Assembly: GCA_963841735.1 (NCBI GenBank)
Contig: CAWJDT010000005.1
Span: forward strand, 64,001 to 128,000
Direction: 5' to 3'
DNA length: 64,000 bases
Source of the DNA: an uncultured Actinomycetes bacterium
Lineage (GTDB): Bacteria; Actinomycetota; Thermoleophilia; RBG-16-64-13
The number at the start of each line of letters is the position of its first letter. Positions within the stretch are counted from its first letter, which is position 1. This document shows, in pieces, positions 30,436 through 39,760 of the stretch. The position numbers and the translations under genes were made by a program. Below the pieces are notes generated by a model that saw only the letters and a program-made list of their open reading frames with translations, had not been told where the DNA came from and searched no databases.

Positions 30436-31637
30436 CTTGTCGAACGAAGTTGCTTTTCTACACTTGGTTCGCCGAGCCTACCGCGCCTTGCGGCGAGCAG
30501 GATGACGAAGCCGCCCACTGCCAGGGAGCCTACCGCCAATTCGAACACCGCGGCTGGGCCTATCGAGTCATAGATCAAACCACCCAAGAGCCCTGCCGCC
30601 AGGGGGGCCAGACCGAACAGACACATAGTCAGCAATCCCTGCGCCGTGGAAGCCCATTCTTCAGGAGTGCGTTTGGTGACCAGACGAACCGTGGACGTGA
30701 GCCACAGGCCGTATCCCAGCCCCCTGACGACGGCGAAGACCAGCAGAAGGTCGGGGTTGTGAGTCAAAGCATACCCGAGGAAGGCGCCCGCCATAAGTCC
30801 ATAGGAGCAGAGCGCTGCGTTCGTCTCGTTGATCCGTTCCGAGATGCGGTTGCTGAAGAACATCGTCGGCAGCTCGGCCAACGCGCCGAACGCTCCCATC
30901 GCCCCTATCAGAGTGTTCCCTCCTCCGAGCGACCTGGCGTATATGCCGCCGAACGTCCCTGCCAGGCTGCAGGCGATCCCCGAAAGAACAGTGGCCGCAA
31001 GCAGCAACACCAGCCCTCGGTCGCGCAAGAGCTGAGACACCGGCTTGTGCCCTCGCACCTCGGTAACGGGACCCTCCTCCAGGCGACTCGCAAGCAGAAG
31101 CGGGGGCAGGCACAAGACGCTCCCCGCAATGAACATCGACCTAAAGCCAACCGCCTGCCAGAGGGCTCCGCATCCCAACGCGCTGATCGCAAAGCCGAGG
31201 GATCCCCACAGGCGCATTCCCCCATAGTTGAACCGGTTCCTGTGGGCCATGCGGGCGATCAGGCCATCCGAAATGTTGATGGTAGGCGTGGAGAACACGG
31301 CCCAGAAGAACATCAGCGGCACAATGCTGGCAAACGTTACGGGCAGGCGCAACAGGAAGAAAGTGACACAGGTACCTGCCAGAGCGACCTGGGTGACCTG
31401 CACGCGCCTGCGATGGCGATCGGCATAAGAAGCGACCGTGGTTGTAAGCAGCATCGTTACAATCGGCGGCAGGCTCGCCAGCAGGCCAACTTGTCTACCG
31501 CTTAGACCAAGGTCAGAGAAGTAGACGTACAGAAACGGAACGTAGGCGCCGTTGCACAGGTAGAACAACAGATAGAAGAGCGAGCCGCTCCGGGCAGATG
31601 GGGCTCTACCCGGAAGCGCGCGCTCTTCACCGCTCAT
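30432..31637 (-). CDS. MFS transporter (MFS_1_like/PPP-type)
   Basis: YVPFLYVYFSDLGLSGRQVG, YGGMRLWGSLGF; about 12 TM helices. Confidence 0.88.
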   Translation of the reverse strand: MSGEERALPGRAPSARSGSLFYLLFYLCNGAYVPFLYVYFSDLGLSGRQVGLLASLPPIVTMLLTTTVASYADRHRRRVQVTQVALAGTCVTFFLLRLPVTFASIVPLMFFWAVFSTPTINISDGLIARMAHRNRFNYGGMRLWGSLGFAISALGCGALWQAVGFRSMFIAGSVLCLPPLLLASRLEEGPVTEVRGHKPVSQLLRDRGLVLLLAATVLSGIACSLAGTFGGIYARSLGGGNTLIGAMGAFGALAELPTMFFSNRISERINETNAALCSYGLMAGAFLGYALTHNPDLLLVFAVVRGLGYGLWLTSTVRLVTKRTPEEWASTAQGLLTMCLFGLAPLAAGLLGGLIYDSIGPAAVFELAVGSLAVGGFVILLAARRGRLGEPSVEKQLRSTR

Positions 31638-31684
31638 AGGAATCTGCGCGAAATCACTGCTCTCACCCGAGCCCAGCGCCCCGT

Positions 31685-34325
31685 CTACTTGACCACCAGG
31701 CTCACCAGCCGCCCGGGCACCACCACTTCCTTGACCAGAGTCACGCCTTCCAGGTACTTGGCCACCCCGGGAAGGGCCTTGGCCGCGACGAGCACGTCGG
31801 CGGCGGTAGCGTCCTTAGCCACTTCCACCCGGTCGCGCACCTTGCCGTTGATCTGCACGGCCAGTTCCACTGTGTCGGCGGTGAGGAAACGCGCGTCGGC
31901 CTCCGGCCACGGCGCGTCCCAGACATCCTTGCGGCCCATCAATTGCCACAGCTCAGCGCCCATGTGGGGAGCGAAGGGCTCCAGCAGGCGCACCGTGGCC
32001 TCCAGGGCATAGGCCAGCACGGCCTTGCCCATCGCTGTCGTCGCCACTCCCGCAACCTTGTCCGCCGCGCTTCCGGCCCGAACGGAACCGATGTCGTTGC
32101 TCAGCTCCATGATGGCCGAAAGCGCCGTGTTAAAGCGAAAACGCTCACCCGTGTCCGCAGAGACCTTCTGGATCACCTGGTTGGCCTTCACCAGCAGGGC
32201 AAGCTCCGCAGTCGACAGTATCGATGAGTCGAAGTCCGGCCCCGAGCCCGGACCCTCGCGCTCCGCCCAACAAGCCTTCGTCCAGCGCGTCGGTCACCTG
32301 CCGCCACACCCGGCCCAAGAACCTGTACACGCCCTCGACGCCCTGGTCGTTCCACTCCGCGTCGCTCTCAGCCGGGCCCATGAAGAGCACGTAGCTGCGC
32401 ACCGAGTCGGCCCCGTACTTGCTCACCATCTCATCAGGGCTCACCACGTTGCCCTTGCTCTTGGACATCTTGGCGCCCTTGTAGTAGATCATCCCCTGGG
32501 TGAACAAGTTCTTGAACGGTTCCTCAAAACCCACCAGACCCAGATCGTAGAGCACCTTGGTGAAGAAGCGGGAGTACATCAAGTGCAGGATGGCGTGCTC
32601 GACGCCCCCGATGTATTGGTCCACCGGCAGCCAGTAGTCCACGGCCTCCCGGTCGAAGGCCACGTCGTCCCGGTCGGCGGAAGCGTAGCGCAGGTAGTAC
32701 CAGGACGAGTCCACGAAGGTGTCCATGGTGTCGCTCTCCCGCCGGGCGGTTCCGCCACAAGTGGGACAGGTGGTGCTCATCCACTGCTCGGCGGCGGCCA
32801 GAGGCGACTTGCCCTTGGGAGCGTAGTCGGTGATCTCGGGAAGCAACACCGGAAGCTGGTCGTCGGGCACCGGCACCTCGCCGCACTTCTCGCAGTACAC
32901 GATTGGTATTGGTGCGCCCCAGTAGCGCTGTCGCGACACCAGCCAGTCGCGCAGCTTGTAGTTGACGGCGAAGTCGGCCTTGCCCTGCTCCTTGAGCCAC
33001 TCGGTCACCTTGACGATGCCGTCGGCCTTAGCCAGCCCGTCGAACCGGCCGCTGTTGACCAACACCCCGTCGCCCGCATACGCGCCGGTCAGCCTGCCGG
33101 CGGCGTCCTTGAACTCGGCCGGAGTCTGGATGACCTCGATCACCTCCAGCCCGTACTTTGTGGCGAAGGCAAAGTCGCGCTCGTCGTGGCCGGGAACAGC
33201 CATGACAGCCCCTGTGCCGTAGTCCATGAGCACGTAGTCGGCCACGTAGACGGGGATCTTCCCGCCTGTGACCGGATTGACGGCGTGGCGCCCGGTGAAC
33301 ACCCCGGTCTTCTCTTTCTCGATGCTCGACCGCTCGATAGCCGAGGTCGACATGGCTTTGGCCACGTAGCGCTTGACCTCAGCCTCTCGGGGCAGCCCAC
33401 GTACCAACTCGTCCACCAAGGGGTGCTCCGGAGCCAGCAGAAAGAACGTCGCCCCGAACAGCGTGTCGGGCCGCGTGGTGAAAACGGTGACGTTGGTGGG
33501 CTCGCCATTCGTCGAGGCCGGAACGGCCGGGCCGGCCTCTGGGCCGCCACTGCCGATGACGCCCACTGCCCCGGACTCCACCGGTGCGATGGTGAAGACT
33601 ACGTCAGCGCCCACAGACTTGCCGATCCAGTTGCGCTGCATGGTGAGCACCCGCTCGGGCCACGACTCCAACTTGGTGATGTCGGTCAGCAGCCGCTCGG
33701 CGTAGTCGGTGATGCGGAAGAACCACTGCGTCAGCTTCTTGGCTTCCACCAAACTGTCACAGCGCTCGCACGCCCCTTCGATGACCTGCTCGTTCGCCAA
33801 GACGGTCTGGCACGATGGACACCAGTTGACCGGCGCTTCCTTCTTATACGCGAGACCCTTCTTGTAAAGCTGCAGAAAGAGCCACTGCGTCCATTTGTAA
33901 TACTCAGGCCGGCAGGTAACTACCTCCCGGGTCCAATCGATGGACACGCCCAGGCGACGGAGTTGCCTGTTGATGGTGGTGATAGCCTCTTCGGTGAACT
34001 TGGCCGGTGGCTCCCCGGTCTTGATGGCCATGTTCTCGGAGTTGAGCCCGAAGGCGTCGTAGCCCATGGGGTGCAGCACACGCTGGCCCTGGTGGCGCCG
34101 GAAGCGGGCGATGACGTCGCCCATGGTGTAGTTCTTGACGTGCCCCATGTGGGCGCTGCCCGATGGGTACGGGAACATCTCGAGAACGTAGGTGGCGTCG
34201 GACCCTTTGCCGCCCCCCGCGGGCGCCGACCCGCTGGGCGGGTTGGGAAAGACAAAGGTCTGTTGCTCATCCCAGACCTTCTGCCACTTAGTCTCGATCC
34301 GCTCGGGTTCGTACTTTGAAGCCAT
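31685..34325 (-). CDS. leuS: Leucine-tRNA ligase (frameshift near 32267)
   Basis: MFPYPSG, HMGH (HIGH), TTRPDT, YGTGAVMAVPGHD, SRQRYWG, KMSKS; the C-terminal FNTALS...QINGKVR lies in the next frame. Confidence 0.95.
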
Positions 34326-34919
34326 CTACGGTCCTTCCGATGTGTCAGTCATGAGCGGAGCCACGCAAACGCTCGCCGGCAACACGACCTGCAGTCGCCA
34401 GCAAGGCCCCAATGGCACATTATTCCAGCCACACTCGTCTCGTGCCAATGGCAGGGCAAACGCGTCCCTCCCACCACTCAGCTTACTGACGCGCGCCGCC
34501 GCCTGGAGTGAGCGCCACCCGTTGCTTTGCGGAGTCCTGGCAAGAGCAAGTGCGGCTTCTCCCCGCCTATACGAGGCTCCGTCCAACATGCCTTTGAACA
34601 CGGAGGGCACGACGAATACCAGCCGGGCACTGGACGAGCGGCGGGTGCCCTTCTCCCAAGCCACGTGCATAAGCGGGGAGAAGATCTCCAGGATGTGGCC
34701 TTCTCCTTCACCTGTAACAGCATCCGCGCTATCGTAGGCGGGAGAAACCGCGCCGCCGACCTGCAAGAGAGAGACCTCCTGGGCGTCTTCTCCCTCCGCG
34801 GGGGAGCGAAAGCGAGAGGCACCACCTGTACTCCCGGCTCATGAGCCGAGGCAAGACGTAGGCTTTGCCGGCGCCCACGATCCACGACGACCTCGGCGCT
34901 CGGTCGCGAGCGGTCGGAT

Positions 34920-36278
34920 CTAGTCAGAGATATCCGCCTCCTCTAGCACCGGCTCGTCCTCCGCATCGGAGCCTGCTTCCACCAGGTCGAACAGTCCGCC
35001 CGCCGCCCCCGCCGGCACGCCCTCGACGCCTCTGAGCTTGCGCTCGATGGTGCGGCTCTTGCGGGCGGCGTCGTCGATGGTGGTGCTGGCCTGCTCCAAC
35101 TTCTTGTGCACTTTCTCGAGCAGACCGCCGAACTGCCCGAACTGCGTCTTCACCGCTCCGAGCAGCTGCCAGACCTCGCTGGACCGCTGTTCGATGGCAA
35201 GGGTGCGGAAGCCCATCTGCAGACTGTTGAGTAGCGCGGACAGCGTCGTGGGCCCGGCTACTATCACCCTGAAGTCGCGCTGCAGGGCTTCAGCCAGACC
35301 GGGCCGGCGAAGCACCTCGGCGTAGAGTCCTTCGGTGGGCAGGAACATGATGCCGAAGTCGGTGGTGTGAGGCGGGTCGAGGTACTTGCTCTGGATGTCG
35401 CGGGCCGACAGCTTGACCCTGGTCTCCAGGGCTTTGAGGGCCTGCTCCATGGCGCAGGTATCGCCGAGCCCCTGAGCCTCGAGCATGCGCTGATAGTCTT
35501 CCACCGGAAACTTCGCATCGATGGGCAGCCAGACCGGCCCGCCGCCGCCGTCCTGGCCCGGCAGCCGCACCGCGTACTCCACCCTCTCCCCGCTGCCCGC
35601 CTTGCAGGCCACGTTGGCCTCGTACTGGTCGGGAGACAGCACCTGCTCGAGGATCATGCTCAGTTGGACCTCGCCCCAGGTGCCCCGCGTCTTGACGTTG
35701 GTAAGCACCCGCTTGAGATCGCCGACTCCCGCTGCCAGGGTCTGCATCTCGCCCAAACCGCGATGCACCGCTTCCAGGCGCTCGCTCACCTGCTTGAAGG
35801 AGTCTCCCAGCCGCTGCTCCAAAGTGGCTGCCAGGCGCTCGTCGACCGTCTGCCGCATCTGGTCGAGCTTTGTGGAGTTGTCCTCCTGCAACAGGCGCAG
35901 CCGGGTGTCCACGGTGTCGCGCAATTGGATCATCCGCTGCTCGTTAGAGCTGGTGAGCACCATCAGCTGCTCTGAGAACGCCGCCAGTTGGGACTTCTGT
36001 TGCGTGCCGAGCTGCCCCAAGGCCGTCACGCTGGAATCGCCCCACCCTCTAACGGCCTCAGCCACCTCCTGCCGCAGCTGCTGTGCGCCGCGGGCGCTCT
36101 CCTCCCGCCCGCGCTCCATCTCTTCGCGGACCAGCCGCTCGGTGCGTTCCTGCCCGAGGCCAAGCTCGCGCAAAGGTCTACCCAGAGAGTCCCTCCCTTG
36201 CCGGGCCAGCACCGCAAGCAGCAGCCCCACTGCCGCCGCCGCAAGAACAACCAAAACAATGCTGAGTGCGTTCGACAT
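34920..36278 (-). CDS. rmuC: DNA recombination protein RmuC
   Basis: N-terminal TM, coiled coil, KTRGTWGEVQL, LPIDAKFP, PPHTTDFGIMFLPTEGLY. Confidence 0.94.
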   Translation of the reverse strand: MSNALSIVLVVLAAAAVGLLLAVLARQGRDSLGRPLRELGLGQERTERLVREEMERGREESARGAQQLRQEVAEAVRGWGDSSVTALGQLGTQQKSQLAAFSEQLMVLTSSNEQRMIQLRDTVDTRLRLLQEDNSTKLDQMRQTVDERLAATLEQRLGDSFKQVSERLEAVHRGLGEMQTLAAGVGDLKRVLTNVKTRGTWGEVQLSMILEQVLSPDQYEANVACKAGSGERVEYAVRLPGQDGGGGPVWLPIDAKFPVEDYQRMLEAQGLGDTCAMEQALKALETRVKLSARDIQSKYLDPPHTTDFGIMFLPTEGLYAEVLRRPGLAEALQRDFRVIVAGPTTLSALLNSLQMGFRTLAIEQRSSEVWQLLGAVKTQFGQFGGLLEKVHKKLEQASTTIDDAARKSRTIERKLRGVEGVPAGAAGGLFDLVEAGSDAEDEPVLEEADISD

Positions 36279-36424
36279 CGCGTACCTCCCTCCCGGTCGT
36301 GCGACTCGCCCCCCCGCCGTGGGGGGCGAGTCACCTCAAAAGCCTAGCACGCGGGTCGGACGGCTCGGCGCGTCCGGCCGGGAACGCCGGACGCGCTCAC
36401 CGCAATCCCGAACGGGTGGCCGGC

Positions 36425-38197
36425 CTAGTTGCCGCCCCAAGATATGGCCGGGACGGGAGAGTCGGACGTGTAGACGACGTAGTTGTGATTCCTGGCCCAC
36501 TTCCGCCCGGCAGCGTCGAGGATGTCGTTGCCGGAGTTGAGGCAGTCCAGCCCCATCTGCTTCTTGCCGTGTTCAAGCAAGGCCTGGCTGATCACCTCTT
36601 CGCTTCCGGCCTGCCCGAGCGCGATGTAGTAGAGGTAGTTGACGGCGATGAATTCCAAATCCTCGTTGGTCAAAGCCGCCGTGAACGAGGCGACGGCCTC
36701 AGGAGCCCATTCCGCTATCACCGCCAGACACATCGCAGCCGACAGGGAGTCTTCGCGGTCCTTGCCGGTCATGGTGGCAGTGAGGGCTGGCGCCGCACTC
36801 GCCCCCATACCCTGGAGCACCCACCACTTGAACTCGTAGTCAGAGGCGAGAACAGGCGCGACCGCCGGCTCGCCAATCTCCATCAAAGCGAATTCGGCCC
36901 AAAGGCCATGCTCGAAGCTCTTGTACTCCTCGAACGAGGTCTTGCTCGTGAGGTCCGCCAGCAGCCGTGGCACCATGTCCGCGGTCAACAGCTGACTGTC
37001 CACCTCGGGCACCGAAGCCTCATACATCCGCAGTAGCACTCCGATTGCACGATGCCGAACGCTGTCGTCGGCACTGTCGAGTTGCTCGACGACCTTCGGG
37101 ATCGCCGCAGCGCCGATGGTGGCGAGCACACCTGCAGCGCACGGTTGCAAAACAAGCGCAGCCACCACGTCCGGGACCGCATCCGCACCCATGCGCACCA
37201 ACAGGCCTTCCGCCCAGTCGGTTCTCGGGACCACCGTCAGGAGCGGGCCCACCACCGGTTGCCCGATCTCCAGCAGCACGGTCTCGGCTATCGTGTCACG
37301 CGCGTCATCGTAGCCGGCTTCAGCCCTAGCTTCGATCAGCAGCGGCACCCTTTCCGCCTTGACCAACTCAGGAGCCACAGCCATGCTGTCCCAGTCGAAC
37401 ATAAGCAACAGGACTCCCAAAGCGTTGTAGCGGGCCGTGATGTCGGAGCTGGCGAGCTCCTCCACCAACCTGGGCACCGCCGGCGCTCCCATGAGCACCA
37501 GTACGTCGTCGGCCCACTCCTTGTCGGCCAAAGCGGCGACGAGTACGTCCAGGGCAGGCCCGCCGATGTCCTCCAAGTACACCGAAGCAACCGCGCTGAG
37601 CTCCAGGGCCTTCGCGCCGGTTACGAGTCCGCCGGCCACCTGCCCCAGCCAGAGTATCGCCACGTCGGTCTTGAGAGCTTTCAGCGCGCCAAGACACCGG
37701 AACTGCAGAGACGTGACGTCGGGGATAGTCCCGCTGGAAGCCGAGGCGAAGCCCCCCAGACAATCGACGGCCGCGGCATTGCCGATGCATTGCAGGCAGT
37801 CCACGGTCTCTTCGAGATCTCGAACAGTACCCTCGCCGAATTCCTTGCCGGCCTCGGCGGCCTTCTGCACACTCGCGCTCAGCACCGCCGCGTACTCGTT
37901 CACCAGAGAGTCGAGTCCCGAGGAGGCAATGGCGTCGGCCGCGGCAGCGGTCACCAGTTCTTGTGTGGCCACCAGGGAGTGTCGGCCCGCCAGGTCGGCG
38001 GCGGCCTTCTGCCTGAGGGTGGCGTCCTGCTCCGTCTGAAGCGTACGGGCCAGATCCTCCGCGGATGTACAACCCGCGACCATGCAGGCGCACAATGAAA
38101 GCACGAATGCCAGCGCAATGGTGATCGCTAGGGAACGGCCCCTCCGCCCCGCACTTCCGTCGCGCCCCAAGCGCGCGCCAAGCGTCCCTCTCGCCAT
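36425..38197 (-). CDS. HEAT/armadillo-like repeat lipoprotein of unknown function
   Basis: Signal peptide with VAGC lipobox; recurring (L/M)G.PAVP.L helical repeats. Confidence 0.7.
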   Translation of the reverse strand: MARGTLGARLGRDGSAGRRGRSLAITIALAFVLSLCACMVAGCTSAEDLARTLQTEQDATLRQKAAADLAGRHSLVATQELVTAAAADAIASSGLDSLVNEYAAVLSASVQKAAEAGKEFGEGTVRDLEETVDCLQCIGNAAAVDCLGGFASASSGTIPDVTSLQFRCLGALKALKTDVAILWLGQVAGGLVTGAKALELSAVASVYLEDIGGPALDVLVAALADKEWADDVLVLMGAPAVPRLVEELASSDITARYNALGVLLLMFDWDSMAVAPELVKAERVPLLIEARAEAGYDDARDTIAETVLLEIGQPVVGPLLTVVPRTDWAEGLLVRMGADAVPDVVAALVLQPCAAGVLATIGAAAIPKVVEQLDSADDSVRHRAIGVLLRMYEASVPEVDSQLLTADMVPRLLADLTSKTSFEEYKSFEHGLWAEFALMEIGEPAVAPVLASDYEFKWWVLQGMGASAAPALTATMTGKDREDSLSAAMCLAVIAEWAPEAVASFTAALTNEDLEFIAVNYLYYIALGQAGSEEVISQALLEHGKKQMGLDCLNSGNDILDAAGRKWARNHNYVVYTSDSPVPAISWGGN

Positions 38198-38241
38198 GAG
38201 ATACCCCCCCTTGCCTTGGTGTAGAGCCTGAAGCGACTTGC

Positions 38242-38271
38242 ATACTACGTGCTGTCGGCTCGGGCTGTCAA
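38242..38271 (-). promoter_or_regulatory. Promoter of the HEAT-repeat lipoprotein gene
   Basis: Minus strand TTGACA (38271-38266), 18 nt spacer, TAGTAT (38247-38242). Confidence 0.68.
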
Positions 38272-38415
38272 ACGCTGCTTCCCCGTTCCCGACTGCACAC
38301 TCTGCACCATGACCTCAGAATCCGGCAGCAAGGGCTCAAAGTCCGAGACATCCCCTCGCGCGGATCAGCGTTGCGCCCAAAAGGCCGGCACCTGGCAGGC
38401 GCAATGGCACCTCGG

Positions 38416-39018
38416 TCAGCTCGCCGCCACCGACCCGGAGAGCAGCGCCCGCTTGAGGAACTCCAAGAAATACTCACCCTGCTCCTGCTCGGCGCGACCA
38501 GGGTCGTCGGCCAAAGCCCAGAACTCGGCCTCAGTCGGAGCCAAACTGTACTGCTCGAGAGTCGTCGGCCTCCCGTGCTGGTCGATCCCCAGCAGCAGGA
38601 ACTCACGCATAGTGGTGACCAACACCTGCCGATATGCTCCGAGGTAGCCGTGCATCTGCGGCGACGCCGCGACTACCCGCACATCTCCGGCGGGCGGCTT
38701 GACCTCGATCGCCCCCCGTGCGGGCTTCTGACCGCCCAGGGTGCGCAATTCGAAGTCGCTCAACACCGGTCGTCCGTCGGCCCCGGCGGCCTCGGCGGCC
38801 CGCCTACCGCGAATCTGGTCGGCAGTGAACAAGCCGCCGTCAGGCAGACCGGCGCCGTGGTTCTTGAGATTCATGAGACAGCGGACCTTGGGTCTCAGCC
38901 CTGCGCCTACTTCCTCCAGGAGCTGCCGCAGCGCAGCGTAGTACGAAAGCTCGGTGGCACCCTGGCCCGAAAGCTTGACGTCCCGCAGATCGCTCAGATA
39001 GTTCTCAAGTATCCCCAA
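38416..39018 (-). CDS. Isolated N-terminal PD-(D/E)xK nuclease domain of a Type IIG/ISP-like restriction-modification protein
   Basis: ELSYYAAL, GAGLPDGGLFTADQ, RGAIEVK, QVLVTT.REF, FLKRALL; stops where the methyltransferase domain would begin. Confidence 0.72.
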   Translation of the reverse strand: MGILENYLSDLRDVKLSGQGATELSYYAALRQLLEEVGAGLRPKVRCLMNLKNHGAGLPDGGLFTADQIRGRRAAEAAGADGRPVLSDFELRTLGGQKPARGAIEVKPPAGDVRVVAASPQMHGYLGAYRQVLVTTMREFLLLGIDQHGRPTTLEQYSLAPTEAEFWALADDPGRAEQEQGEYFLEFLKRALLSGSVAAS

Positions 39019-39350
39019 CTGCCACCCCTTGTTGTGCTTGGGTTACACACCATGATAGTACGAAACGCGCACGGCCGAATCCCGAAACGGCCAGACCCTG
39101 CTACCAAGGGCTGACGCCCTTCGCGAGATCAGAGAGAGCACCGCCGGGTTCAGGTAAAGATCAAGGAGATGGCGATAAGACCAGGCGAGGACGCATATGA
39201 TACCGTCCAACCGTTGCTCAAGCCTCCCCGAGAGCTGGACCAGACCAGGCTGACCGCTCTCCTCGTCGAACCGGAAGAAGTGGAGGCTGTCAGAGTCGAG
39301 CAGACGCCCATGGGCTATGCAGACTGTCGGGCCCTCACCCCAGAAATCAT

Positions 39351-39390
39351 GGGGGAAGCCCCGCAAGGGGGGGTTCGCAGGGCTTCCCCT
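39351..39390. terminator. GC hairpin downstream of the ald remnant
   Basis: GGGGAAGCCCCGCAA...TTCGCAGGGCTTCCCC inverted repeat. Confidence 0.5.
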
Positions 39391-39427
39391 CTGACGGCCG
39401 AAGAACCTCCGATGCGGAGTCTCGGGC

Positions 39428-39706
39428 CTAGTTGCGATCGAAGGTCGCGCATGCTGTTCCCTGGCTATCCGCGTCCGCTTTGAGAACCAGTTTGCCCTGG
39501 ACAACGTTCAAGCCCTCAGTCGGAGCGGGGTCGTCTTTCGACTCTGCTCTGTATCCCATGTTAGCGAGTTTCGCCACTTATGGAAACCTGATGTTGATAA
39601 AGACCAGCATCGATGTCCGGGGCACACATCCCGGCATTTCGGCAACACACGCCATCGACACGCGATACTTGTTCTTCTTTACTTCCTTGGGAACTCCGAC
39701 GATCAT
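39428..39706 (-). pseudogene. ald: Alanine dehydrogenase remnant with a large internal deletion and a nonsense codon
   Basis: Manual translation: MIVGVPKEVKKNKYRVSM (Ald N-terminus) fused in frame to CVAEMPGCVPRTS..FP*VAKLANMGY..DPAPTEGLNVVQGKLV (Ald C-terminus); TAA at 39580-39578; GGAGG RBS retained. Confidence 0.85.
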
Positions 39707-39760
39707 CCCGAATGCCTCCCCCGTATGTCTGGTGCCCCATATACCCAAGATGGCCCGGCG

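Noticed and set aside
34326-34520. T-box riboswitch upstream of leuS
   Set aside because: No T-box consensus or terminator/antiterminator pair found on the minus strand.
36303-36396. Two GC hairpins between the HEAT-repeat gene and rmuC
   Set aside because: Real inverted repeats, but without U tracts or a riboswitch signature no function can be supported.
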